Shown in pieces: positions 25,146 through 35,442 of a stretch of DNA of 64,000 nucleotides. The notes below the pieces were generated by a model. The model was not told where the DNA came from, did not search any database, and saw nothing but the letters and a program-made list of their open reading frames with translations. The DNA is taken from NCBI GenBank assembly GCA_947085655.1, contig CAMTXH010000022.1, forward strand, positions 2,556 to 66,555, in the 5' to 3' direction. The translations under genes and the position numbers were made by a program. Source of the stretch: an uncultured Omnitrophica bacterium (GTDB taxonomy: Bacteria; Omnitrophota; Gorgyraeia; JACQQV01). Every line of letters starts with the position of its first letter. Position 1 is the first letter of the stretch.

Positions 25146-26128
25146 TGAACCACACAGGAGCCCCAGACCACACCGCCGCCGAATGCGACAAGAACAACCA
25201 GATCCCCCTTCTTCACCCGGCCCTCTTCCACCGCTTCACACAGGGCGGTCACTGTGGAAGCGCTAGACATATTTCCGTAACGATCCAGGTTCAGATAAAC
25301 TTTCTCCATCGGGAAATGGAGTCGCTCACTCACCGCCTGAATGATCCGGACATTCGCCTGGTGCGGAATGAGACAGGCGATCTGGTCGGTGGTTAGATGG
25401 CAGTCTTGAAGGACCTTCTCCACCGATTCCGCCATGAGGCGGACGGCAAGTTTGAAAACCTCTCCCCCGTTCATCCGCATATAATGAAGGTCTTCCATCA
25501 ATGTTTTTTGACTGGCGGGAAAACGGGCCCCTCCGCCGGGGACCATCAAAAGTTCCCCATGTTCACCGGCCGAGCCGAGATGGGTGGTGAGGATGCCTCC
25601 TTCCTTCACCGGCGTCAGCACCGCCGCCCCTGCCCCGTCGCCGAATAAAACGCAGGTGGACCGGTCCTTCCAGTTGACGATGGTGGAGAGGGTTTCCGCG
25701 CCGATCACCAGGGCGTTCCGATAGACGCCGGTTGTGACAAACTGTTTTGCCACGGTGACCCCGTGAACAAACCCGGAACAGGCGGCCGACACATCGAAGC
25801 AGGCGGCCCGACGGGCGCCGATTTTATCCTGAACGATGCAACTCGTGGCCGGAAAGGGCATGTCCGGCGTAATGGTGGCCACGATCAATAGTTCAATGTC
25901 TTTGGGATCGATCTTGGCACGCTCGAGCGCCATCTGGGAAGCACGGGCTCCCAGATCGCTTGTCACCATCCCGTCCGATACAATCCTCCGTTCCCGGATG
26001 CCGGTCCGGCTGGTAATCCACTCGTCGGAGGTCTCCACTGTTTTTTCCAAATCCTGGTTGGTTAGGATTTTCTCCGGAAGATACTTCCCAAGCCCCGCAA
26101 AACCGACCCGCTGCCCCCCTGGTTTCAT
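25139..26128 (-). CDS. fabH: 3-oxoacyl-ACP synthase III
   Basis: AACSGF, PHQAN, YGNMSSAS. Confidence 0.96.
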   Translation of the reverse strand: MKPGGQRVGFAGLGKYLPEKILTNQDLEKTVETSDEWITSRTGIRERRIVSDGMVTSDLGARASQMALERAKIDPKDIELLIVATITPDMPFPATSCIVQDKIGARRAACFDVSAACSGFVHGVTVAKQFVTTGVYRNALVIGAETLSTIVNWKDRSTCVLFGDGAGAAVLTPVKEGGILTTHLGSAGEHGELLMVPGGGARFPASQKTLMEDLHYMRMNGGEVFKLAVRLMAESVEKVLQDCHLTTDQIACLIPHQANVRIIQAVSERLHFPMEKVYLNLDRYGNMSSASTVTALCEAVEEGRVKKGDLVVLVAFGGGVVWGSCVVQW

Positions 26129-26143
26129 TTTCCTCCCTGACTG

Positions 26144-27136
26144 TTACTTGATGATATCGTGGATCTGCTCGTTGATCCGGAACTTGACGAATTTCCCTGC
26201 CACCCGGATCGCATTTTTAATCGCCTTGGCGGAGGAGCCGCCGTGACAGATAATGCAAGTGCCGTTCACTCCCAATAGGGGTGCCCCGCCGTATTCGGTG
26301 TAATCGAGCCGCTTTTTGAGACGGAAAAGACTCGATTTGACAAGGAGTCCCCCCATCCGTATCAGGAATCCCCCCTTCAACAATTCCCGGCGCAAAAGGG
26401 TGTTGGTCGACTCGGCCAGCGACTCGGTCACTTTCAGCACCACATTTCCCACGAATCCGTCGCAAACCATCACATCCACCCGGCCGTTGAAAAGGTCCCT
26501 CCCTTCCACATTTCCGATGAAATTCAACGGACTTTTTTCAAGGAGCTGATGCGTCTCCTTCATGAAATCGGGTCCCTTGGATTCTTCCTCGCCGATGTTG
26601 AGGAGGCCGACCCGCGGATTCTCTTTATGAAGAATATTTTTGGCAAAGGTGGAGCCCATGACTCCGTATTGCAACAGATGCTCCGGTTTGGCGTCGATAT
26701 TGGCACCGATGTCAATCAGAACGGACGTCCCGTTCAGGGTCGGGTAGGCAATGGCGATGCCGGGTCGCGTGATCCCCTCCAACAGTCCCAAAGAAAGGGT
26801 GGCGGCCACCACCGCCGCACCGGTATGCCCGGCACTGACGAGCGCATCCGCCTCTTTTTTCCGGACAAGGTCTACCGCAACCATGATGGAGGAGTCGCGC
26901 TTCTTCCGGACGCTCATGGCCGGGGCCTCCTTCATCCCGACCACCTCCGCCGCATGCCGGATTTCCACCCGGTCCGGGACGTCGCGATGCTTGGAGAGTT
27001 CCTTCCGGAGGAGGTCCTCCCTGCCCACAAGAATCACCCGGATATCCGGAAACTCCTGCGCCGCCCGAACCGCCCCTTCCACCACGACGCGGGGAGCATG
27101 ATCTCCTCCCATCCCATCGAGTGCAACGGTAATCAC
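26144..27136 (-). CDS. plsX: Phosphate acyltransferase
   Basis: DGMGGDHAP, LLNIGEEESKG, CDGFVGN; GTG start just after the rpmF stop. Confidence 0.95.
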   Translation of the reverse strand: MITVALDGMGGDHAPRVVVEGAVRAAQEFPDIRVILVGREDLLRKELSKHRDVPDRVEIRHAAEVVGMKEAPAMSVRKKRDSSIMVAVDLVRKKEADALVSAGHTGAAVVAATLSLGLLEGITRPGIAIAYPTLNGTSVLIDIGANIDAKPEHLLQYGVMGSTFAKNILHKENPRVGLLNIGEEESKGPDFMKETHQLLEKSPLNFIGNVEGRDLFNGRVDVMVCDGFVGNVVLKVTESLAESTNTLLRRELLKGGFLIRMGGLLVKSSLFRLKKRLDYTEYGGAPLLGVNGTCIICHGGSSAKAIKNAIRVAGKFVKFRINEQIHDIIK

Positions 27137-27138
27137 TT

Positions 27139-27354
27139 TCAGACGCTGACCTTCTTTTCCTTCTTTTCCTTCTTTGACTCGCCCATCCGGATGACCTCCC
27201 GGCCGGCATAATAGCCGCACGCCGGGCAGACCCGATGAGGCCTTTTCAGCGATCCGCATTGCGGACAGGGCGTCAGGGAGGAAACAACAATCCGATCGTG
27301 TGTCCTCCGTTTCGCCTGCCGCTGTCTGGAATGTCTTCTTTTTGGTAGTGCCAT
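27139..27354 (-). CDS. rpmF: 50S ribosomal protein L32
   Basis: MALPKRRHS...CPQCG...HRVCPACGYY. Confidence 0.95.
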   Translation of the reverse strand: MALPKRRHSRQRQAKRRTHDRIVVSSLTPCPQCGSLKRPHRVCPACGYYAGREVIRMGESKKEKKEKKVSV

Positions 27355-27365
27355 CTTAAGACTCC

Positions 27366-27767
27366 CTAATGACCGCACACCCCTTCATTCAGATTCTGTC
27401 CGCACACCGAACAGATTCCCTTGCAATCTTCCCGGCAAAGAGGTTTCATCGGATACTCCAGAAGCACCTCCTGCCGGATGTCATCCGTCATATCCACGAC
27501 CTTCTCCTTCCCCACCGGGACCGATACTTCCCCTTCCTTCTGCAACGTTAATTCGTAAGACCGGAGACAGCGGCTGCAGACAAACTCGATCCGGCAGGAG
27601 AGGGAAAAATGGAACAAAAGATTCTGCTCGTCGAGAAAGAGACGGTAAGAAAGGGAAAGGGGCGAAACGACCTTTGCCTCTCCCGTATTCAGCTCATAGG
27701 GCTCGGGGCTCACTTCCTCGCTCGAGACAAGCCCGGTCTCCGGAATCTCACGAAGATAGATTTTCAT
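27366..27767 (-). CDS. yceD: DUF177 / YceD family protein
   Basis: CSRCL and PLCREDCKGICSVCG; conserved position upstream of rpmF. Confidence 0.88.
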   Translation of the reverse strand: MKIYLREIPETGLVSSEEVSPEPYELNTGEAKVVSPLSLSYRLFLDEQNLLFHFSLSCRIEFVCSRCLRSYELTLQKEGEVSVPVGKEKVVDMTDDIRQEVLLEYPMKPLCREDCKGICSVCGQNLNEGVCGH

Positions 27768-28254
27768 GTCCGGTGGTCTTGCGAAGTTTTTCCTTCAACC
27801 GTTCTTCGACGAAGGAAGGGATAAAGTCCGATAGTTTCGCTCCCAACGCCGCCGCCTCTTTGATGAGGCGCGAAGAAAGATACGCATAATTTTCAGACGG
27901 CATCAAAAAAATCGTTTCGATGTCGGCATTCAGCTTCCGGTTGGTGAGGGCCATCTGGGATTCATATTCAAAATCGGAAATCATCCGGAGTCCCCGGATG
28001 ACGACGGAGGCCTCTTTTTTCTGGACATAATCAACCACCAACCCGTCGAACGTTTCCACTTCGACCCCTTTGAGCGAACGGGTCGCTTCCTTCAGCATCG
28101 CCATCCGCTCGGAGGGCGTAAAAAGAGAATCTTTTCCGACGTTCCGGGCAACCGCGACCGTGAGCGTGTCAAAGATCCGAAGGGCCCGTTCGATCAGGTC
28201 CAGATGCCCGTAAGTCACAGGGTCAAAACTTCCCGGATAGACCGCACGTTTCAC
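27748..28254 (-). CDS. coaD: Phosphopantetheine adenylyltransferase
   Basis: YPGSFDPVTYGH, IRGLR, DFEYE. Confidence 0.97.
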   Translation of the reverse strand: MKRAVYPGSFDPVTYGHLDLIERALRIFDTLTVAVARNVGKDSLFTPSERMAMLKEATRSLKGVEVETFDGLVVDYVQKKEASVVIRGLRMISDFEYESQMALTNRKLNADIETIFLMPSENYAYLSSRLIKEAAALGAKLSDFIPSFVEERLKEKLRKTTGHENLSS

Positions 28255-28263
28255 AACTCACCC

Positions 28264-28833
28264 TCATTCCGTAACCGATGTCTTCATTTGATAAAAAGAA
28301 AGGGATGTCTCCCCGTACCGCTTTTGCCGCCAGATGCTCAAGCACCCGATTTGAGGCGGCAAGGACTCTTTTCGGGGATGCCGAACGACCAGAATTGCGT
28401 TTCGGGTTAGTATATCACACTCCCCTATCCTCCGCAAGCATTTTGTTGTAACTTCTTTAAAATAAGGGGGATCCATGAATATCAGGTCAAACCGCTCCTT
28501 CTTTTTGGACAATTCCGAAAGGACTTTCAGGGCATTCTCATTCAGACAGACGGTTCGCCTTTCCCCTTTCAGTTTCAACAGGTTCTCCTTCAAGCAGTTG
28601 AGACACTTGGCGTCCCACTCGACAAAAGAGGCCTCTTTCGCGCCGCGGGAGAGTGCTTCGATACCGAGAGAACCGCTCCCGGCAAAAAGATCGAGTACCC
28701 GGCCTCCCTGAACAGAGGGACCGAGGATGTCAAACATCGACTTCTTCACCCTCTGCTGAGTCGGCCGGGAGCAAGCCGGATCCGGCACCTTCAATGTCAT
28801 CCCCCGCCATCTCCCGGCAATGACCTTGTTCAT
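28264..28833 (-). CDS. rsmD: 16S rRNA m2G966 methyltransferase
   Basis: LDLFAGSGSLGIEALSRGA, DPPY. Confidence 0.93.
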   Translation of the reverse strand: MNKVIAGRWRGMTLKVPDPACSRPTQQRVKKSMFDILGPSVQGGRVLDLFAGSGSLGIEALSRGAKEASFVEWDAKCLNCLKENLLKLKGERRTVCLNENALKVLSELSKKKERFDLIFMDPPYFKEVTTKCLRRIGECDILTRNAILVVRHPRKESLPPQIGCLSIWRQKRYGETSLSFYQMKTSVTE

Positions 28834-30911
28834 GCAGTGGCAATCCATTCGGAGGCTTCTTTGAACGTCTCGATGAATTTCATCCGGAGGACCCGATGGG
28901 CCGGATCGGAGAGAACAGGATCCTTTTCCAGAAGGCGGGTCGCCTCTTCTTTAGTCATTTCCAAAAGCCGGCGGTCACGGATGATGTTTCCGATTTTGAG
29001 TTCCGGGAGGCCGTGTTGCCGCTTCCCGAAGAATTCCCCCGGGCCTCGGAGGAGGAGGTCTTCCTCCGCAATCTCGAAACCGTCCTGTGTCCGGGAGAAA
29101 ACCAAAAGGCGTTTTCGCGCCTCCTCCGTCTTCGGTGTGGAGATGACGAAACAGGTGGAGCGGTGACTCCCCCGCCCGATCCGTCCGCGGAGTTGGTGGA
29201 GTTGGCTCAACCCAAAACGCTCCCCATGTTCGATCACCATGACCGTCGCATTCGGCACATCAATGCCGACCTCCACCACAATCGTGGAAACCAAAAGGGA
29301 AATCGACCCGTTCCGGAACTTCCGCATTAACATCTCTTTTTCGTCCGGTTTCATCCTCCCGTGCAGAAGACCGATCCGAAATTCGGGAAAGACATCCCGG
29401 AGATGCTCTGCCATCTCGGTCGCCGCCAAAAGATCGAGCCGTTCCGATTCTTCCACCAAGGGATAGACAACGTAGACCTGCCGGCCCTCGCGCAGTTGCT
29501 CCCGGAGAAACGCGTACACCTCCTCCCGCTTCTCCTCCTCCACCCATTGGGTCTCAACCGGCGAACGCCCCGGTGGCATCTCATCCAGAACCGAGACATC
29601 CAAATCTCCGTAAAGGGTGAGGGCCAGCGTTCTTGGAATCGGTGTCGCTGTCAAAACCAACACATCCGGATTCTCACCCTTCTGGCGAAGCCGGGCCCGC
29701 TGGACCACCCCGAATTTATGCTGCTCATCGATCACCGCGATGCCCAACTCCTTGAAACGGACCTTCTCCTCAATCAGGGCGTGCGTCCCAATCACCATGT
29801 CGAACCGCCCCTTTTCAATCTCCCGAAGGGTCCGCCGGTGTTCGGGAACGGAAAGCCCGCCGGTCAAATGACCCACCCGGATTCCGAGAGGCGCAAGAAT
29901 TTCTTTCAGGCGAAGGGTATGTTGTTCCGCCAGAATCTCAGTGGGAACCATCAGAGCCGCCTGATGCCCGTTTTTCACCGCCAGAATCATTGCGTAAAGG
30001 ACAACAAGGGTCTTGCCGGAACCGACATCCCCCTGCAACAGGCGATTCATCGGGACCGGCCCCTCCAGATCGCGGCGGATCTCCTCCATCACGCGGCGCT
30101 GGGCCCGGGTCAACGAGAAGGGAAAAAGATGCTCGAACGCCTCAAGGGGATAGCCGTTTCCCTGAACAGGCCTTTTTTTGGGAACGGCCCGGTTTTGTGT
30201 CCGTCGGAAGGCAACGCTCAAACCAAAAAGAAAGAACTCGTTGAAAACCAGTTTCCGCCGCGCGTCTTCCGTCTCCTCCAGGAGTTTCGGAAAATGAATT
30301 TTCCGGATCGCCTCCCGAAGCGGAAGGAGCCGATGGCGGTTTTGAATCGCTTCCGGAAGAGGATCCGCCATCCACCCCGCATACTGTTTCACCGCCTCGT
30401 ACAGAACCGTTCTCAATCCGCGCTGTGAAATGTCGGCGGTGAGAGGATAAATCGGGACGATCCGTCCCACATGCAAAAAGGAACTGGCCTGGTCCCCTTC
30501 TTCGACCCTTTCGTGTTCTGGTTGCGTCATCTGCAGCCCTTGAAAAGATTCCACCTTTCCATGGAGAATCACTTTTTGTCCCGCCGAAAAAAAATGTTTG
30601 AGATAGGGCTGGTGAAACCAAACCCCCTTCAAAGTCCCGGTCCCGTCCCCAAATACCACCTCCACCAGGGAAATGCCGCGCCTTTGACTCTTCCGCTCCG
30701 CGACGGTCAGAACCGCGCCGATCGTGGTCTGAACTTCACCCACCTTTAACGAGCCGATCGTTCCAAGCCGGGAGCGGTCCTCATAACGGCGGGGGAGCAT
30801 CATCAGAAGATCCGCAATCGTTTCAATCCCGAGACGGGAAAGGAGAGCCGCCCGCTTGGGTCCGACCCCTTTCAGGTACCGGACCGGAATCCGGTGGGGC
30901 TCTTTTTTCAC
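28830..30911 (-). CDS. recG: ATP-dependent DNA helicase RecG
   Basis: QGDVGSGKT, DEQH, TATPIPRTL, QLRGRIGRG; start may be GTG 30911 or ATG 30956. Confidence 0.96.
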   Translation of the reverse strand: MKKEPHRIPVRYLKGVGPKRAALLSRLGIETIADLLMMLPRRYEDRSRLGTIGSLKVGEVQTTIGAVLTVAERKSQRRGISLVEVVFGDGTGTLKGVWFHQPYLKHFFSAGQKVILHGKVESFQGLQMTQPEHERVEEGDQASSFLHVGRIVPIYPLTADISQRGLRTVLYEAVKQYAGWMADPLPEAIQNRHRLLPLREAIRKIHFPKLLEETEDARRKLVFNEFFLFGLSVAFRRTQNRAVPKKRPVQGNGYPLEAFEHLFPFSLTRAQRRVMEEIRRDLEGPVPMNRLLQGDVGSGKTLVVLYAMILAVKNGHQAALMVPTEILAEQHTLRLKEILAPLGIRVGHLTGGLSVPEHRRTLREIEKGRFDMVIGTHALIEEKVRFKELGIAVIDEQHKFGVVQRARLRQKGENPDVLVLTATPIPRTLALTLYGDLDVSVLDEMPPGRSPVETQWVEEEKREEVYAFLREQLREGRQVYVVYPLVEESERLDLLAATEMAEHLRDVFPEFRIGLLHGRMKPDEKEMLMRKFRNGSISLLVSTIVVEVGIDVPNATVMVIEHGERFGLSQLHQLRGRIGRGSHRSTCFVISTPKTEEARKRLLVFSRTQDGFEIAEEDLLLRGPGEFFGKRQHGLPELKIGNIIRDRRLLEMTKEEATRLLEKDPVLSDPAHRVLRMKFIETFKEASEWIATA

Positions 30912-30994
30912 TTGAAGTCGTCCCTGGAATGTGATAGACTTTTGCAACATGATCATTCTATCCTATTATATCTCAACCGAAAGCGTAACTTAAG

Positions 30995-31246
30995 ATGCCA
31001 TACGTCTGCGAAATCTGCGGAAAAGGTCCTGTTGCGGGAAGAGCGATTGCCCGAAAGGGTCTGGCCAAGAAAAAAGGGGGGGTCGGCAAAAAGGTGACCG
31101 GAATTTCCCCGCGCCGTTTCCTCCCAAATCTTCAGAAGATTCGGGCCGATCTCCATGGTGTTCGAAAGACCCTCCGTATCTGCACGAAGTGCCTGAAGGC
31201 GGGCAAAGTTCAGAGGGCGAGCTTCAATCTGAAGCAGGCGGTTTAG
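30995..31246 (+). CDS. rpmB: 50S ribosomal protein L28
   Basis: CEICGK...RRFLPNLQ...ICTKCLK. Confidence 0.93.
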   Translation: MPYVCEICGKGPVAGRAIARKGLAKKKGGVGKKVTGISPRRFLPNLQKIRADLHGVRKTLRICTKCLKAGKVQRASFNLKQAV

Positions 31247-32939
31247 AGGTCGAAAAGTCCTTCACCCGAAGCAGGATTCCTTTCCCGGTTCCCTCCGTCT
31301 GAATGACCGGCTGATAAACAAAATCGAGCGGCTCTCCCAGAAAAGGTTTCATCTCTTTTGCCAGTGTTGCCGGCAAAGATCCTAAAAGGACGGGACCTTT
31401 TTCCTGTCTCAGTTCCACACGGCATTCCTTTTCCTTCTGTGAGAGGTATTTGACCGCAACTCGCCGGGAAAGGAAAAGGGGGTCCGGGTTTCCGGTCCCG
31501 AACGGCTCAAGCTGTAAGAGCTCCTCCAAAAGATTGAGCGTGAGGGTCTCGAGCGGAATTTCCATATCCACGGAAAGAATCGGAACCAGATCTTCCCCGT
31601 CGAGTATTTGGGAGGCGATCCGGTTGAGAGATTCCCGGAACGGTTGGATCTCTTTCTTCCGGAGGGTCAGCCCGCAGGCGAAGGGATGGCCGCCGAATTC
31701 CTCCAGGTGCTTCCGACACCGGTCAAAAACGGCAGGGAGCGGAAACCCCTGGATGGAACGGGCGGAGCCGCGGCCGAGTTCGCCCGAAACCGCAATGACG
31801 ACGGTGGGACGGTAAAACCGGTTCAGAATCCGGGAGGCCACAATGCCGACCACGCCGGGATGCCATTTCGTATCTTCCAGAACGATGACCCGGTCGTTTT
31901 TGAAATTCACCTCCCGATCCACTTTCTGGAAGGCCTCTTTCAGCATCTGTCTTTCAATCCGGCGCCGCGTCTGATTCCCCTCCTCCAGTTGCCGGGCCAG
32001 CTCCTCCGCTTCCTCATCATCGTCCGTGAGAAGAAGTTTGAGGGCCGTCTCCGCCGAACCGAGCCGGCCGGAGGCATTGATCCTCGGGCTCACCGTAAAG
32101 ATGACGTCCCTCGGGGAAAGACTGTTTTTTCTGACCCGTCCCATCGCCAAAAGACGCCGCAGCCCCGGTTTCTTCCTACGCTCAAGCCGCTTCAATCCGT
32201 GATAGACGATGATCCGGTTTTCCCCGATCATCGGCACCACATCCGCAAGGGTTCCGATCGCAGCCAGATCCAGATGTTCCTGGACCCCTTCATTTTTTTC
32301 GGGAAAAAGGGCCTGCGTGATGCCGGCGGCCAATTTGTAGGAAACCCCCACTCCGGAAAGGTGCGGAAAGGGATAGCGGCATCCCTCTTGAAGAGGATTG
32401 ATGACTGCGTAGGCCTTCGGCAGTTCTTTTTTCGGAGGATGATGGTCGGTGAGGATGACATCCACGCCGAGACGTCCGAGATGATCCACCGCCCGATGCC
32501 CGGCAATCCCGGTGTCGACGCTGATCACGACATGGACGTCCTGCCGCCGGGCCTCGGTGAGAAAAGTAGTGTTCAGACCGTAACCGTCCTGCAGCCGGTT
32601 GGGAATATGATAAAGCGTCCGGAAACCGAGAGACCGGAACGTCCGAACCAAAAGAGAGGTCCCGGTGACACCATCTACATCGTAATCTCCCCAGACTAAA
32701 ACCGTCTCCCCATTTTTATGGGCGCGTCTCAACCGGGAGACCGCCTTATCCATATCCTTCATCAAAAAAGGATCCGGAGAAGCACCCAAATCGTGCGAGA
32801 GAAAAACACGGGCTTCCTCGGCGCTCCGGACACCCCGGTGAAGCAAAAGTTGAGCCGTCACAGGGTGGATATGGAGTGTTTCCTCAAGCTCTTTTCGTAA
32901 AAGCGGATCTGGAATTTTCAATTCCCACCGGCGGATCAT
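31224..32939 (-). CDS. recJ: Single-stranded DNA exonuclease RecJ
   Basis: GDYDVDG, TDHH, PRINASGRL, GSARS. Confidence 0.95.
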   Translation of the reverse strand: MIRRWELKIPDPLLRKELEETLHIHPVTAQLLLHRGVRSAEEARVFLSHDLGASPDPFLMKDMDKAVSRLRRAHKNGETVLVWGDYDVDGVTGTSLLVRTFRSLGFRTLYHIPNRLQDGYGLNTTFLTEARRQDVHVVISVDTGIAGHRAVDHLGRLGVDVILTDHHPPKKELPKAYAVINPLQEGCRYPFPHLSGVGVSYKLAAGITQALFPEKNEGVQEHLDLAAIGTLADVVPMIGENRIIVYHGLKRLERRKKPGLRRLLAMGRVRKNSLSPRDVIFTVSPRINASGRLGSAETALKLLLTDDDEEAEELARQLEEGNQTRRRIERQMLKEAFQKVDREVNFKNDRVIVLEDTKWHPGVVGIVASRILNRFYRPTVVIAVSGELGRGSARSIQGFPLPAVFDRCRKHLEEFGGHPFACGLTLRKKEIQPFRESLNRIASQILDGEDLVPILSVDMEIPLETLTLNLLEELLQLEPFGTGNPDPLFLSRRVAVKYLSQKEKECRVELRQEKGPVLLGSLPATLAKEMKPFLGEPLDFVYQPVIQTEGTGKGILLRVKDFSTSKPPASD

Positions 32940-32952
32940 GGCGTCGTAGGAT

Positions 32953-35121
32953 TCATTTCGGACGGTGGCTCCAGGCAATCACAAGAGGGGTCGCGATATA
33001 GACGGTGGAATAAACACCGGAGAGGAATCCGACCAAAAGACTGAATGCAAAGGCGTTCATCACATGACCTCCGAAAAGAAGAAGGGCCACCACGGCCAAA
33101 AGGGCCGTCAAGGTGGTGAGAAGGGTCCGGGAGAGCGTCTGGTTGACGCTCGCGTTGACAATTTCGGTCAGGGTTGCCTTCCGCTCGGTCCTGAGTTTTT
33201 CCCGGATCCGATCGTAAATGACGATGGTATCGTTGATGGAATATCCTGCAATCGCCAGAATCGCCGCCAGCACCGTCAAATCGACAGCGCGATGGGTCAC
33301 CGCCAAAAAGCCGAGGGTGAACAGCACGTCGTGAAAAAGGGCCACAATACCGGCTGCGGCAAAGGCGACATTCTGAAACCGGACCCACACATAAATCAAA
33401 ATACCGGCCAGCGCATACAAAAGGGCAAGCGTGGCCTGCCGACGGAGCAGTTTTCCGACGGAAGGTCCCACCTTCTCAATTCGGCGGATGTCAAAGGGGT
33501 TATCCGGAAAATCCTTCTTGAATTGCGCCGCCACTATGTCCGCCGTCTCCCCGGCGGTCTTGACCAGAATCAACCGGTCTTCCTGAAAGTGCTGGAGATC
33601 GGCATCCGCAATCCCTCCCGCACGGAGCGACCCCCGGACCGTCTCAATGGGAATGTCTCTCTCAAACTGGTATTCCTGAATTTGACCCCCCGAAAAATCG
33701 ATTCCGTAGGCCTTCTCCCCCAGACTGAAAAAATAGACCATCCCCCCGATGATGCAAAAGAGGGAAAGGGCATAACAGAATTTCCGCTTTCCAATGAAGT
33801 CAATCCGGGTGGGGCGGATCAGTTGAAGCATCCGGAAAGAAGTGAGCCACTTCCACTGGAGGAGGGTATCGAAAATAACGCGTGTCACAAAAATGGCGGT
33901 GAACATGCTCGCCAGAATCCCTAAAGTCAGCGTCACGCCGAAGCCGCGGATCGGCCCGGAGCCGAACCAGAAAAGAAGGGCGGCTGCGATGAGCGTCGTG
34001 ACATTCGCATCCAGAATGGCGCTGAACGCCTTGTGATAGCCGGCGTGAAGCGCACTCCGGAGAGATTTTCCTTCGCGAAATTCCTCTCGGATCCGCTCGT
34101 AAATGAGCACATTGGCATCCACCGCCATCCCGACGGTCAGGATCATGCCTGCAATACCGGGAAGCGTCAGCGTCGCCTGAAGAAAAGCAAGGCCCGAGAG
34201 AATCAAAAGGAAATTGAAGAGGACTGCGAAACCCGCCACGAGTCCCGCAAAAAGATAATAGATCGACATAAAGACAAAGACGAGTCCTCCTCCGAGAAGA
34301 GACGCCCGGATTCCGGCTTCAATCGAATCTTTCCCAAGGAGGGGTCCCACCGTTCTCTCCTCTTCAATAACAAGGGGCGCCGGTAAGGCGCCTGCGCGCA
34401 GCACAATGGCCAAATCGGTTGCCTCCTCAACGCCGAAACGGCCCGTAATCTGGGCCCGGCCCGAAGGGATCCGCTCCTGAATCACCGGGGCCGACTGAAC
34501 CCTTCCGTCCAACACAATCGCAAGCCGTCTTCCGACGTTATCCCGGGTGATGCGTGAAAATTGCCGGGCTCCCTCCGCATTCAACTCCAAAGAGACGTAC
34601 GGCTCGTTGAAGCGGGTCTGGTCGAATGAGACACTGGCGGTCACAAGGGCATCCCCTGTGAGGGAGGGCTGTTTTTCAAGGAGAAGCTCCTCCCGCTCGT
34701 AAGGAACGGCCTCGTATTGTTCCGAAAGTTCCCCTCCCTTCAGCCGTTTCAAAAGTTCCGGATCCTCCGAAACAAGCCGGAACTCAAGGCGGGCGGTTCT
34801 TCCGATCAGGTCCAGGGCGCGCCTCCGGTCGGTGATGCCCGGCAGTTGAATCACAATGTCTTCCTTTCCCTGCCGGTGAATCACTGGTTCCCGGACCCCG
34901 AACTGGTCGATCCGGTTCCGGATAATTTCCAGGGCGCGCTCCGTGGCACCCTCCGCCTGATCAGGGGTGAGCCCGGAGGTATCCACCCGAAGGATCAGAT
35001 GCATCCCTCCCTGCAGGTCGAGTCCCAGATTAATCCGTTTCTTGGGCGGAATGATGCTGAGGACGGCTCCGGCGAGAATCAAAACGATGAGCAGTAGTTT
35101 CCATTGAAGGCGTCTATCCAT
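32953..35121 (-). CDS. secDF: Fused protein translocase subunit SecDF
   Basis: LGLDLQGG and AVDANVLIYERIRE (SecD); GIDFSGG and YSINDTIVIYDRIRE (SecF). Confidence 0.96.
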   Translation of the reverse strand: MDRRLQWKLLLIVLILAGAVLSIIPPKKRINLGLDLQGGMHLILRVDTSGLTPDQAEGATERALEIIRNRIDQFGVREPVIHRQGKEDIVIQLPGITDRRRALDLIGRTARLEFRLVSEDPELLKRLKGGELSEQYEAVPYEREELLLEKQPSLTGDALVTASVSFDQTRFNEPYVSLELNAEGARQFSRITRDNVGRRLAIVLDGRVQSAPVIQERIPSGRAQITGRFGVEEATDLAIVLRAGALPAPLVIEEERTVGPLLGKDSIEAGIRASLLGGGLVFVFMSIYYLFAGLVAGFAVLFNFLLILSGLAFLQATLTLPGIAGMILTVGMAVDANVLIYERIREEFREGKSLRSALHAGYHKAFSAILDANVTTLIAAALLFWFGSGPIRGFGVTLTLGILASMFTAIFVTRVIFDTLLQWKWLTSFRMLQLIRPTRIDFIGKRKFCYALSLFCIIGGMVYFFSLGEKAYGIDFSGGQIQEYQFERDIPIETVRGSLRAGGIADADLQHFQEDRLILVKTAGETADIVAAQFKKDFPDNPFDIRRIEKVGPSVGKLLRRQATLALLYALAGILIYVWVRFQNVAFAAAGIVALFHDVLFTLGFLAVTHRAVDLTVLAAILAIAGYSINDTIVIYDRIREKLRTERKATLTEIVNASVNQTLSRTLLTTLTALLAVVALLLFGGHVMNAFAFSLLVGFLSGVYSTVYIATPLVIAWSHRPK

Positions 35122-35124
35122 CGG

Positions 35125-35442
35125 CTACTCCTCCTCCGGGCCATGCGATTTCTCAAGGCGGGCGATGGCATTCCGTTCGACTTCCACCTTGACATCTTCC
35201 GCGATCCTCAAAAGGACGCTTTTCTCCTTCAGCCCGACGACGGTTCCGTGAAGTCCGCCCCCGGTGACCACTTCGTCGTTTTTCTTGAGGTTTTGAATCA
35301 TTTTATCATGTTCACTCTGGCGTTTCCGCTGCGGGCGGATCAAAATAAAGTAAAAAATCAGGAACATCAGGATAATCGGAAAGAAGGAAAGAACGGCAGG
35401 CGGTTCCTGCCGGGCCTGCGCAAGCAGAATCAAACTCTTCAT
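35125..35442 (-). CDS. yajC: Preprotein translocase subunit YajC
   Basis: FYFILIRPQRKR, DEVVTGGGLHG. Confidence 0.95.
   Translation of the reverse strand: MKSLILLAQARQEPPAVLSFFPIILMFLIFYFILIRPQRKRQSEHDKMIQNLKKNDEVVTGGGLHGTVVGLKEKSVLLRIAEDVKVEVERNAIARLEKSHGPEEE

Noticed and set aside
30995-31246. rpmB inverted within a minus-strand block
   Set aside because: rpmB divergent from recG is a known conserved arrangement
32953-35121. SecD-SecF fusion as a novelty
   Set aside because: Fused SecDF is widespread (for example Bacillus, Thermus, Chlamydia)
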